Shown here: positions 50,808 to 64,000 of the stretch, piece after piece | How positions within the stretch are numbered: position 1 is the first letter of the stretch | How the letters are laid out: each line of letters opens with the position of its first letter | Translations under genes and position numbers: made by a program | Notes under the pieces: generated by a model | Told to the model about the DNA's origin: nothing | The model's database searches: none | Seen by the model: the letters and a program-made list of their open reading frames with translations, nothing else | Assembly: GCF_009914755.1 (NCBI RefSeq) | Contig: NC_060938.1 | Origin: the human T2T-CHM13v2.0 reference genome, Homo sapiens | Direction: 5' to 3' (one strand) | DNA length: 64,000 nucleotides

Positions 50808-51077
50808 GGCCAGGCACAGTGACCCATGCCTATAATCCCAATGCTTTGGGAGGCAAAACCGGAGGATCACTTGAGGACAGAAGTTCAAGACCAACCTGGG
50901 CCACAAAGTGAGTCCCTCCCTGTCTCTACAAAAAATTAAAAACTTTGCCAGATATAGTGGTGCACACCTGTGGTCCCAGCTACCAGGAATTCAAGGTTAC
51001 AGTGAGCTATGGCACCACTGCGCCACTGCACTTCAGCCTGGGAGAGGGAGTAAGACCTTGTCTATTAAAAAAAAAAT
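50808..51077 (+). mobile_element. AluJ with right-arm deletion, inserted in a MIR (MIR continues to ~51315)
   Basis: TSD ATACAGACTCTG; MIR core follows. Confidence 0.75.
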
Positions 51078-51769
51078 ACAGACTCTGGAACCAGGTTGCC
51101 TGAGTTGAATCTCAGTTCTGTCCAGTTCTGCCATGACTCACTGTGTGGTCTAGGACAATTTACTTAGCCTCTCTGTTAAGTCTTGGTTTCTTCAAGTGCA
51201 AAATGGAGATTTTAAATAATCCTAACTACCTCCTAAACTAGCTTAGAGATTAACTGAGATAATACGGAGGCAGCCCTAAGAGCAGTGCCTAGAACATAGT
51301 GAGCCCTCAATAAAGGCAGAAGGGATCGTACTACCTGGTTGGGACTTTTTAGCCAATTTTACTAATAAGGAAACGGAAGCCCAGGGAGTTTATTCAGTGT
51401 GGCTAAGTACTAAGGAACAGTACTAAGGAACAGAAGCCCAAGACCCAATCAGGGGTTCCTGCTTCTGACTCCAAAGCTTTTCCCACTCAGAATCCACTTC
51501 CTTAGGGAGTGTGGGTTTTATGTTAAAACAAGCCAAACTTTCGCACCGGCTCTTCTGGTGTCTCCTAGCTTTGCTTCTGAGAAAGGACAGCTGAGGTTGG
51601 AGGGAATAACAGCAAAAATAATTGACATTCTTGGGTCCATCGGTCGGTGTGCCGGGCCTGTGCCAAGGACTTCACCTGCCCTTCCCATTCAATATTCACC
51701 AAAAAACCTATGTGCTAGGTACTTTGAATAACCACTTTATATAAAAAGTGGGGTGCAGAGCCACTAAGC

Positions 51770-53060
51770 AAGCAGGGGTGGCGTGTGTCGGAGCCAGAAT
51801 CCATTATCGGCTCTCTGATCAGTTTACCCCCAGGAGGACCTTCCCCCGACCCCCTACCCCGCCGGGAGCAGCCTATCTTCGTGCAAAATGCACCGAGCTA
51901 CATACAGAGGCTGCCTTCCAGGACTCAGCGCGGAGGGTTAGGCTGCCTCGAACCCCATTCTGGTAACTCCATCCCAGCTGGGACGCCGGGCCCTCTCCGC
52001 CCCTTGCGGCCCACCCCTCCCCTTCTGCCCCCCAACACGGGGACCGGGCGGGCTCTCGGTCGGCGCCACCGCGCCCCCGCATCAGGATCCTCGGCGCTGA
52101 CGTTCTCTCCCCAGGGGGAGGAGGGGCCCAGGAAGGGCTAGGTCCGCAGCCAGTGCGGAGAAAGGGCCCTGGGCTCGGCTCCCACGCTCGGGCAGGCCTC
52201 CCGCCGGGGGATCCGAGCTGCGGTCACTCGCGGCTTCGGGGCCGTGGCGTCCCGCGCACAGCTTCCGCGCCTCTGCAAGGCGGTGAGTCGTTTCTTCCCG
52301 GCACAGGAGGGACAGTTTCCCCACGTGGACGCGGGGCTGGCAGCGGGAGGGGGAATAGCGCTGGCGGAGCTTAGGGTTTCGCGGGAGCAACCAGCGCGCG
52401 CCTCTCTCTCTCCCCTCCCCTCGCTCGCGCTCGCTCTCCCCCGCCCTCTGTCTCTCCCCTCTCTCTCTCTCGCTTTCCCCCCACTCTCTTGCTTTCCCCC
52501 TTCTCTCTCTCTTCCCCTCTCCTCTCGCTCGCTCCCCGTCTCCCCTGGCTCTCTCGCTCTCCCCTCTCCCCGTCTCCCCACGCTCTGTCTCGCTCTCCCC
52601 CGTCTCTCTCCCTCCCCTCTCTCTTCTCCCCGACCCCCTTGCGTTCTCTCTTTTTCTCTCTTCCCTCGCTCTCCCCTCCCCTGCCCCGTCCCTCTCCTCT
52701 CCCCTCTCCCCACATCTCTCTCGTTCGCCCCTCTCTCCCCTCTTCGCCCTCTCTCTCTCCTTCCTTCTTCCCACCCTCTCTTCCTCCGTCTCTCCCTCCC
52801 CGCCTCCTTCCCTCCTTCCCTTCTCCCCCACTTTCCTTCTTCCCTCCTCCTCTCCTCCTCCCCTCCTCCCCTCCTTCCTTCCTCCCCTCCTCCCTTCCTC
52901 CGCCCCCTCCTCTTACAGGGAAGGATGCCCTCGGTTTCGCTGCGCTCTCCCAGGAGCGAACTCCCGCAGCCGCTCAGGCCAGCGCCAGAGACCTTGTCCC
53001 TACCAAGGCGGGCCGCGCCCCTTGGTGGGCTGGGCTCAGGGAGCGCGCTTTGCACGCTTC
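51770..53060. promoter_or_regulatory. Second (orphan) CpG island, probable promoter or enhancer
   Basis: Dense CpGs outside any repeat. GC boxes at ~51997 and ~52046, E-box CACGTG at 52322, TGACGT at 52098, GCGCGCGC at 52394. Confidence 0.8.
52395..52916 (+). repeat. Low-complexity polypyrimidine/polypurine (CT-rich) tract
   Basis: About 520 nt of almost only C/T, with roughly 8 A residues and no AG dinucleotide. Confidence 0.95.
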
Positions 53061-54243
53061 AGGTGTCTTTGTGGGAAGCCTGGGAGTAGCTAGGTGTGAA
53101 TGTGCTGCCCTTAATTTAAGCCACCAGTTGTAAATATGTGTTCTAGTGCATATTAATAACTCTCCCTCGACCCACTCGCCTCCTGCCACTCCAGTTGCTC
53201 CAACAGGGACCCCCTCTTCCCTTCCCTCGGGCCAGCAGCTCTTCCTGTACAGGAGAAGCGATCTGGGTAGCTCAGGAGCTGCCTGTAGGTCTGCGTATGG
53301 CCTGTTTCTCTTTCTTCCCCTCTGTCCCACACTCTCCGCTCACTCCTGTCTCCCTGCTGTCACTCTGCAGCTATGACACTAGATCACTAATAAGGGTAGG
53401 TGAGAAGGAAAGGGAAGAGGAAAAGAAAATAACAGCCATTTATTCTGATAAACCCTCAACATGTGACACCTGGGTTCCTTCCAGGCATTTGCTGTGAAAA
53501 TAGGTGGTCCTGGTTCTCAGTAGTCCCAAAGCCTCTAGTCTGGATGGGGGTAGAATTGCCGCAGATGCGGAATCCACTAACAGTCGAGGAAGCTTATCTT
53601 CCTGGAAGCCTTCAGCCTCCCACTCCCACCTCTGCCCCATTCTGTTTGCTTCCTCCCTGTCTCAGCTTCTGCTTCTCTCCTTTTTATAACCTGCTGCTAA
53701 GAAAAGTCTGAAAACTTGAATTATAAATACATAATATATCAAGTATTGCCTGAAATAGAGATTTGAAACCTAAAAGGGAGGAAAGAAAAGAAGCATCTTG
53801 AATTCTAGGAGAAGCAGTCCTGGGTGCCGCGTCCCCAAGGACTGGCTGCAGCTTCTCTCGGCCGCGGTTGCCTCATTTATAACATGGGGATACACATCCA
53901 TACCAACCATGGTGCAGGGGATTGCACCAGATCATTCTCACATCTCTTCCAGCTCTGAAGAAATGGAGGTGAACAGAGGAACAGCCACTCCCAGCAAGCA
54001 AGGGAAGAAGAATCTTGAAAGCCTGTGACTTCACAGAGACTTCTTGATTGATGCCCCTGAAATCAGCCTGCCAAGTGTGGCCTCTGCAGCATAAATACAA
54101 GGAGTCTGATGACACAAGACGGCGTCTGATGATAGTTCTGTCACCCTCAGCCATATTATAATTCCATGTCCTTGTAGTCACCCTGCCATAATCCCACCAT
54201 TTCCTGCAAACACAGCTTCTCCTGCCTGATGAAGTCTTACCTA

Positions 54244-54660
<417 letters not shown>

Positions 54661-55451
54661 TTAGATCCCTCACCACTTTACTCTGCCATTTACTCCCCTC
54701 CCTTGACCATCAGTCTTTGAGGAAAGGGACTTTGCCTTCTTCATCGTTGCCTGGCACAATTCTTGCTTTTCCTACCTTGAATGAAAAGAGATGATAATCC
54801 TATGTAATGACAAATGACTTAGATTTTCTCATTTAACCCTCACACAACTCTGGGAGAATGAACACAGCTGAAGTGGCTTGTCCAGGTCATTTTGTAAGTG
54901 GTGGAGCTGTATGATCTTGCCCACTTCAGAGACCATAAGCTCTAGCTTGCAGCTGTCCCTGACTGCCTTCTGCCAGGTGATGGGAAGCTTCTCACAAAGG
55001 CAGTGTCTACCCCAGCTTCTTTCTCCTTTCTCTCCCATCAAACTCAAATGTGAGGCAGCTAAGAAAGTTGAGCCAGCTCCTGAGAAAATTCAGGTTTTAA
55101 TAACCTGCCTTCCTTAGGTGCTTGTCCAACTCCTCTGGCAAGGACCCTTCTTGGAGGGCTGAGATTGTTTTCCTGGAGGCCACCAGACTTCAGGCTTCTA
55201 ACCTCAGAGCCTGGGTGCTTTGTCTTACAGCATGGTCTTTCTGAGCTGCTGGAGACCTCTCAGGTGTGAACCTAGTCTAAGCCACCATATAACTGGGGTT
55301 CCAAAGGCTTATCTCTGTTGTTATGAATCATCCACTGGATACATAGAGGGATGATAACTGGTTGCGGATCATTAGGTTCCTGTCCCTAGAGTTGTGTGTC
55401 CCAAAGCAAGCCACTCAGCATTCTGGACCTCAGGTTTTTTTCTGTCTTCCT

Positions 55452-55476
55452 CTTTCTTTCTTTCTTTCTTTCTTTC

Positions 55477-55524
<48 letters not shown>

Positions 55525-55539
55525 TTTTCTTTCTCTCTT

Positions 55540-55599
<60 letters not shown>

Positions 55600-55600
55600 T
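55452..55600 (+). repeat. Compound (TTTC)n/(TC)n microsatellite derived from an Alu tail
   Basis: About 150 nt of TTTC and TC units preceding the reverse AluJ. Confidence 0.92.
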
Positions 55601-56505
<905 letters not shown>

Positions 56506-56970
56506 GAGATAGGAATTTTTAAAAACAGACCCACAGCAAGGTGAAATAAAGTAGATGTGAAGTAAGAATATTAATACCTGTTTTGCCTACCTCATAAGGT
56601 TGTGCCAAGAATCAAATGAGATCATGGATAACAAGTATCCTTAAAGCACTATGCAAATGTAAGCAAGTAGTAATTATTATTTGGCTTTGCGGGAGATACC
56701 AATTGGGTTGTTTGCCTGAATCTCCCCTTTTTCCCAAGAACTGCTCCTATAGCCAAATCCACATGATAACAGTGGATTGCCAAATCCACATGATAACACC
56801 TCCTCAGGTGCCATTTTGGTTGATTGAGCCAGGTGCAGACCCCAGGAATGGGAATGAAGGTGGCTCAGTCTCAGTCACTCTGGGCTCTTGAGCAGAGGAA
56901 ATACAAACACTGGAGGCTTAGAAAGCTATTTTCTGACTAGGTGGACTGAAAATTTAAAAATACCAAATTG

Positions 56971-57283
56971 GGCCAGGCACGGTGGCCCACGCCTGTAATC
57001 CCAGCACTTTGGGAGGCTGAGGCGGGTGGATCTCCTGAGGTCAGGAGTTCAAGACCAGCCTGGACAACATGGTGAAACCCCATCTGTACTAAAAACACAA
57101 AAAATTAGCCAGGCATGGTAGCAGGCACCTGTGATTCCAGCTACTCGGGAGGCTGAGGCAGGAGAATCTCTTGAACCCTGGAAGGTGGAGGTTTCAGTGA
57201 GCTGAGATCATGCCACTACACTCCAGCCTGGGCAACAAGAGTAAAACTCCGTCTCAAAAAAAAAAAAGAAAAGAAAAAAAAAA
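56971..57283 (+). mobile_element. AluS
   Basis: Full Alu. Confidence 0.88.
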
Positions 57284-58569
57284 CCCAAACTGCATCCAGA
57301 GAAAGCATGTAGACGTTCAGAGAGGAATGAAAACAAGAGGCTCCCTGTCATTCAGGCCTTGGTTCCCATCTGTCCCTGCCTGCTGTAAACAATATCCCAC
57401 CAAGGGCCAGGTTTTGCTAAAGATAGCTCTGGTGGGCTTCAATCACCATTAAACAGTTCCTAAACTAATTCTGCTAAGGCTAATGTAGAGCAGAAGACTC
57501 CCTTGGCCCATGTAACAGCTGTGTCATCATTCATTTACTCATCCCATCAGTCAATGAATATCACTGAATGCCAGCTGTTTACAAGCTTGTAAGAAGAGGA
57601 AGAAAAAACATTGGCTGCAGTCTTTAAAATATAAACCAGCCACTGGATGTCAGCCTTCTGGCCAACTGGCTCTCAATGCTCCTGAAATTTCCCAGTTGTG
57701 CCCTGGGAGCATTTTGGAGGTATCTGACATAGCTGCCACTCACAGCTCTTTCTGAGAAGTTCTAGAGCCTTGGACACCATGGTGTTTTCCCATCAGCCTT
57801 CCTCCTCTGGTAACAGCCGCTAAACCCCACTCACACACACACTTTCGGGGAGCTGCCTCACCTGCTTCCATGTTCTTCTGGTGAGACTTTAATCACATGA
57901 CCCCTCCCCTGAGCATAGACAGGGTGGACTTAGGGCCTAAACTGAGCAACAGAATCACTTTCTGGGGACTTTGAACTTTGAGCTGAGACACAAATGCAGA
58001 GGGCAGTTGGAGCCGGGCCATGCCACCGCAGCACCACATAGAAAAGCTTCAGCCCTGCTGAGATCACGGTGCCTGGTCCCTGGGTTCAGTTATTCCTTTA
58101 AATCTGTAGCCACCCCGGATTTTCATCTCTTACAAAATAAATATCTTTTGAACCAAATTAGCCAATCAAGTATTTGTAACCAAAGAGTTCGGGCACATCT
58201 GCTCTCTGCTTTTTCAGATAAAAGCTCATGGATGAGTGAAGAAAAAGAAGAAAAGGATAAAATAGAGAAGTTGTGTTGTGTCCCCTGCTCAAGCCTGCAG
58301 CACAGCCTAGCTCCTATTTTAAGACCCTTTAATGAATCTATATTTACCATCAGGTTTTTATTTATGGAAATCTACACAAGGCATTTGGATGAAGGCTGAT
58401 GCTTATTTCAGGAAAGCAAGTCTGTGGTTTCAACAAAACCTCTGTTAGCTCCCTCCACACCTGTTCGCTCTTCTGCCAAACTACCTATTGCTCATTTCTA
58501 AAGCAAAAAATAAAATCAGGAATCGGATTCCAAAGCAGGACAAAAGTGGTGATTAAAGAGACAGGCTAG

Positions 58570-58885
<316 letters not shown>

Positions 58886-59484
58886 TAAATTTTCTTAATG
58901 AGCATTATGTATTTCTAGTCAACACAGGTCCCTCTTGAAAATATCTTCCTAATATCATAGAAGTTGCCCCCCAAAGTAATACTGATAGAATCATAAATAA
59001 TAGGCCAGTAATACAGCTAACTAATAGCAGATCTAGGACCAGAACTCAGGTCTTAGTATCACTAAATCAGAGTTCTTTCCACCATTCCATGCCTCCTTTC
59101 ACAATAGAATTTGCCTAAATATTATTTCAAAATGTCTTCATTATAAGAATTTTATTTATCTACATATATCAGTGTTTCTTTGAACAATAAATATTTGACA
59201 AAGAATCTAGATACAGAAACTTTAAGTATTTATTTCCACTACTAGTCAAGATCTATAAAGTATGCAGATTATATATCACTAGGGATGGAGAATCCAAATA
59301 ACACAATTAAATGCACATCCAAATATTAACTAAATATTATTCATCAGAGAGAAAAAGTCAGGGAGTGAGAGACAGAGAAAGAGGTTGTCTCTCCCCCACT
59401 GTTCATTACGCCAGAGTTTTAGCCCCTGGGTGTTATAATGGTCTTACCACACCTGTACGGGCCTCAGCTTCTAAAGTTTCATCA

Positions 59485-59780
59485 GGCCGAATGTCGTGGC
59501 TCACGCTTGTAATCCCAGCATTTTTGGGAGGCCGAGGTGGGTGGATCACCTGAGGCCAGGAGTTCAAGACCAGTCTGGCCAACATGGCAAAACCCCGTCT
59601 CTATGAAAAATACAAAAATTAGCCAGGCATGGTGGTGCACACCTATCCCAGCTACTCGGGAGGCTGAGGCATGAGAATTGCTTGAACCTGGAAGGCAGAG
59701 GCTGCAGTGAGCTTAGATCTCACCACTGCACTCCAGCCTGGGTGGCAGAGCGAGACCCTGTCTCAAAAAATTTTTAAAAA
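59485..59780 (+). mobile_element. AluS
   Basis: Full Alu; TSD AAAGTTTCATCAG. Confidence 0.88.
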
Positions 59781-61384
59781 AGTTTCATCAGTGTGTCACA
59801 CTCATATACACAGGTATTGTTTCCAAAGCTCATTCAAAAAGTGCTAGGTAACTAGGCCAGGAAAGGTTTCCAGCCTAACATACTCTGCCCATTCCAGCCT
59901 TTCCAATATGATAACCTAAGTGCTGGTGTTCAGACAAATTGCCATTTCTGTCAACTCTTGTCATCAACTTAAGTTGCCCCTTGGGGAGGCTTAATGTCCC
60001 TTTCTGCCTTCTGGACTTGGTTGGGATCATCTTAGGCATTGGAAGTATCAAATAATGTTAAACCTCGAGAGATGTAGCTTGGGTATTAGGTCCCTTTCAT
60101 TTAAGTAGGGTCCTTGGCCCCCAAAACACGTTTCTCCAACCTCTTTGGAAGTCAGCTACATACCAGGGATTAGACCAAACCTTAGCCATAAAACTGGCCC
60201 TGTTTGCTTCATTCCTCTGGGAAGACGGACCACCACTTGCTTTAACTTCGCATAGTTAAAGAGCCAACTCAGACAATTCTTGCCAAACAAGATCTGCCCC
60301 CACGGTCTTTTGCCATACACATCCTAGACACTGCCTTCAGCAGTGTCAGAACTTTGAACCTCTTTTAAAGGGCAGCTTCTCTCTCTAATGAAATAGTCAA
60401 TTTTTTTTACCTTGTTTTACCTTGTTTGGGCCTTTCTACCCAAGAATCAGCAGTTTAATAGTTTCCTCATTCATCATACCTGTAGAGCACTGCACTAGGA
60501 GAAAAAGAAATAAGATACAGGATTTCCCAAATGAAAAGGATAAAGGCCAAGGCAAGGCTGCAGCAGCAATCTCAGCTGTCCTGTGCCAAAGATGACAGGA
60601 CCACTGGGAGAGAAACAGGCGAACAGGGACGGACAAGAGAGAAGAGGCAGTAATCAGTAGTCTGAAGACTGCTGGAGAACAACTTGACATTGTGTATTTA
60701 AGGACAGCCTCAACAAAGAAACCTTATTAGCCAGAGCTATCAAAATAGACCCACTTACTAAATATGTTTCCAAACTCTTCACTCCCACTCAACTGCATAT
60801 AGAAACATCCTACAAAAATAATTTTTTCAACACACCCCTTTGAAATACATGGTAACGTTCCCGTTTGAAGAGCAAAATGATTGTGGTGCAGATGGTAAGT
60901 GCCCATTATTACAGGGCAAGGTGGTGAAAACATCAGAAATGGGTTCTTAGGTGCTTGCTGGGAACTGCCTTAGATTTCACACACTTAGGTGAGTGTTGCA
61001 GTGATCTATGACTACCTAACAAGCTCCTCCAGAACTCAGCCACTTAAAACAACAACCATTTATTTGTTAAGGATTCTGCAGTTGGGGCTGTGCTTACCTG
61101 GGCAGTTCTTCTGCTGGTCTCACCTGGAGTTACTCGTGAGTTTGAAGTCATCTGGCGAATTGACTGGAGCAGAATGATCTAAGATGACCTCACTAACAGG
61201 ACTGGGGCCTGAGTGCTAGCTGTCAGCTCTTCCTCTCAGCTGATGTCATTCAGTAGCCTCGTGCTGCAGGAGCATGCTATGAGGGTTCTGGTGGAAGCTG
61301 CAAGGTTTCTCAGGCCTAGTTTCCCTTTCTCCTTCCACTCCTCCTCTCCTTCTTCCTCCTGCTCTCCTTTTATCCCTGGAGCAC

Positions 61385-61575
61385 ACTCAGAGGAAAGGCC
61401 ACATGAAGACAAAGTGGCCATCTGCAAGCCAGGAAGAGGGCCCTCACCAGAGCCAGAACCTGATCAGAACCTTGGTGTGGGACTTTCTGACCTCCAGAAC
61501 TGTGAAAAAATACATTCCTGTTGTTTAAGCCAGAGACTCTGTGGCATTTTGTTGTGGCACCTGAGCAAACTAATA
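61385..61575 (+). mobile_element. MLT1A-like LTR 3' part
   Basis: GCCATCTGCAAGCCAGGAAGAG...CCTCCAGAACTGTGA...TTGTTTAAGCC...AAACTAATA. Confidence 0.7.
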
Positions 61576-61577
61576 GA

Positions 61578-62300
61578 GGTTGTTTACAGTTCTGGGGCTA
61601 TTGCAAATGAAACTGCAATGAACATTTGTATACAAGTCTCTTGTGTGGAGATATGCTTTCATTTCTCTTGAGTAAATACCTAGAAATGGAATGGCTGGGT
61701 TACATAGTACATGTATGTTTCCCTTTTAAAGAAACTGTCAAAACTATTTTCCAAAGCAGCTGTACCATTTTGGATTCCCATCAGCGTCATATGTGACTTC
61801 CAGTTGCTTTACATCACAGGGTCTGGTAAATGTTTTTAATTTTAACCACTCTGGTGAATGCATAAGGGTATCTCATTGTGGTTTTAATTTGCATTTCCCT
61901 AATGACTAATTTTTTGTTGTTATTGAGACAGGGTCTCTCTCTGTTGCCCAGGCTTGAGTGAAATGGTGCCATCACAGCTCACTGCAGACTCAGCCTCCTG
62001 GGCTCAGGTGATCCTCCCACCTCAGCCTCCTGAGTAGCTGGTACTGCAGGTACACGCCACCACACCCAGCTAATTTTTTGTATCTTTTGTAGAGACAGGG
62101 TTTCAACATGTTGCCCAGGCTGCTTTGAAACTCCTAGGCTCAAGCGATCCGCTCACCTCAGCCTCCCAAAATATTGGGGTTGCTGATGTGAACCACTGCA
62201 CCTATTGGCTAACGTTGTTGGTCATCGTTTCATGTACTTATTTGCCATCTCTATATCTTCTTTGGTGAAGGATTGTTTCCAATCATTTTGCCCTTTTATT
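61578..62300 (-). mobile_element. Old L1M fragment interrupted by an AluJ (61910-62208)
   Basis: L1-type CTCATTGTGGTTTTAATTTGCATTTCCCTAATGACTAA. The reverse translation FTKEDIEMANKYMKR matches the L1 ORF2 C-terminal region. Confidence 0.8.
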
Positions 62301-63022
62301 ATTGGCTGAGAGCTAATTAAATGTACATTCGAATAAGTGTAAGCATAGAGAGCTAGACACAGAATCTTACTGGCTGTCCAGTTTGGGCAGGTCTGGGAAA
62401 GGAGACCAGAACATCCAGGAGGCATCTGTGGACATTGAAAACTTGGAGGAGGGCTCATAAGGGCGGAAGGAAAAGTGGTCAGCCTAAAAATAAATTCTGC
62501 CAGCTTCACAGTTTGTCTAAGTTTAGCCTGAGGCCCCCCTAACAGTTTTCTCACCATTAGCACTGAATTCCAGCCCCCAGATGCTCTGAGAGCCCCAATT
62601 TCACCACGCTTTCTGTGGGAGTTTCCTGGTTCAGGAGTGCACCACCATATGTCACTCTGGCCTGAAGAAGTTTGCCAAGTTTGTAGACAAATACGGAGAC
62701 ACCCACGAGAAGTGCTTAGATAAGATTTGGCCCAGAGTCTTGTCTGGGGGCAGAGCTGAGAAGAAAGCGATGTCTAAAACGCGCTTCACTAACAGGAGGA
62801 CTTTGGAAAGGAGGGATGGAGAGAAAGGACTGAGGAGAGTTAGGAGAGAGGACGTGAGGGAACAGTCATGCTCTGATCAAGGACACTGTGTTCAGCCATG
62901 GATAACTCCATGCCGCAAAGAGATAAGTGGGAGAGAGTCCAGGAAAGAGCAGGATAAATGATTAAGGAACAGAGAAGCTGATGTATGAAGCTGATTTAAT
63001 AGAACTCACCGAAGCTTTTTCA

Positions 63023-63676
<654 letters not shown>

Positions 63677-64000
63677 TTAGAGGAATCTTTCTGGTTGGGT
63701 CCTGTCCATGGGTTCCCCCATCCATGGTTATATCTATATTCCTCGGGCTACACCCAGTTGCCCTAGGCTGAGGTTTATCCTAATATGCCTAATTCCTCTT
63801 TGAACTAGGCCTTTCCTCAAGCCAGGAGCTCAGGAAAAAATAACAAATGATTCTACTTTGACTATCTTAACACAATTGCACAAACTATTTTGGAGTACTT
63901 CGTCTGATCATTTTTTTGTATATGTTGGAAGCGCTCGTGTCACATCATAACACCTCAGTGCATATATTAGAGATAATCATTCTGTGATGATTCATTTTCT

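Noticed and set aside
52082-53133. Long ORFs (214-305 aa) on both strands across the CT tract
   Set aside because: The L/S/P-rich and R/E/G-rich translations are the expected result of low-complexity sequence that lacks stop codons; no domain is recognisable.

Overview
Human (primate, Alu-rich) genomic DNA containing the 5' end of MAP3K9 (MLK1) on the minus strand. Coding exon 1 (39208-38803, 406 nt) encodes a poly-Glu/Ala tract and the SH3 domain. Exon 2 (31125-30712, 414 nt) encodes kinase subdomains I-VIb. Intron 1 is 7.7 kb, and about 30.7 kb of intron 2 follows; exon 3 is outside the window. The gene starts in a CpG-island promoter with CCAAT and GC boxes that looks bidirectional, with splice signals for a divergent + strand transcript (MAP3K9-DT-like). 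A second, orphan CpG island (~51.8-53.1 kb) holds a 522-nt AG-free polypyrimidine tract bracketed by consensus splice sites. The rest is about 40 Alu copies or fragments plus MIR, L2, L1, MaLR LTRs and a MER44-type DNA transposon. Main leads, all inferred from sequence only: (1) exon 2 is phase-symmetric and flanked by inverted Alus, and back-splicing would create a new in-frame AUG on a stop-free 138-codon circle; (2) two upstream AUGs open an overlapping Arg/Gly-rich ORF that reads the poly-Glu repeat as poly-Gly; (3) the orphan island looks like a spliced transcription unit; (4) an old Alu carries a perfect 128-bp duplication; (5) a young AluYa5 lies near exon 2.
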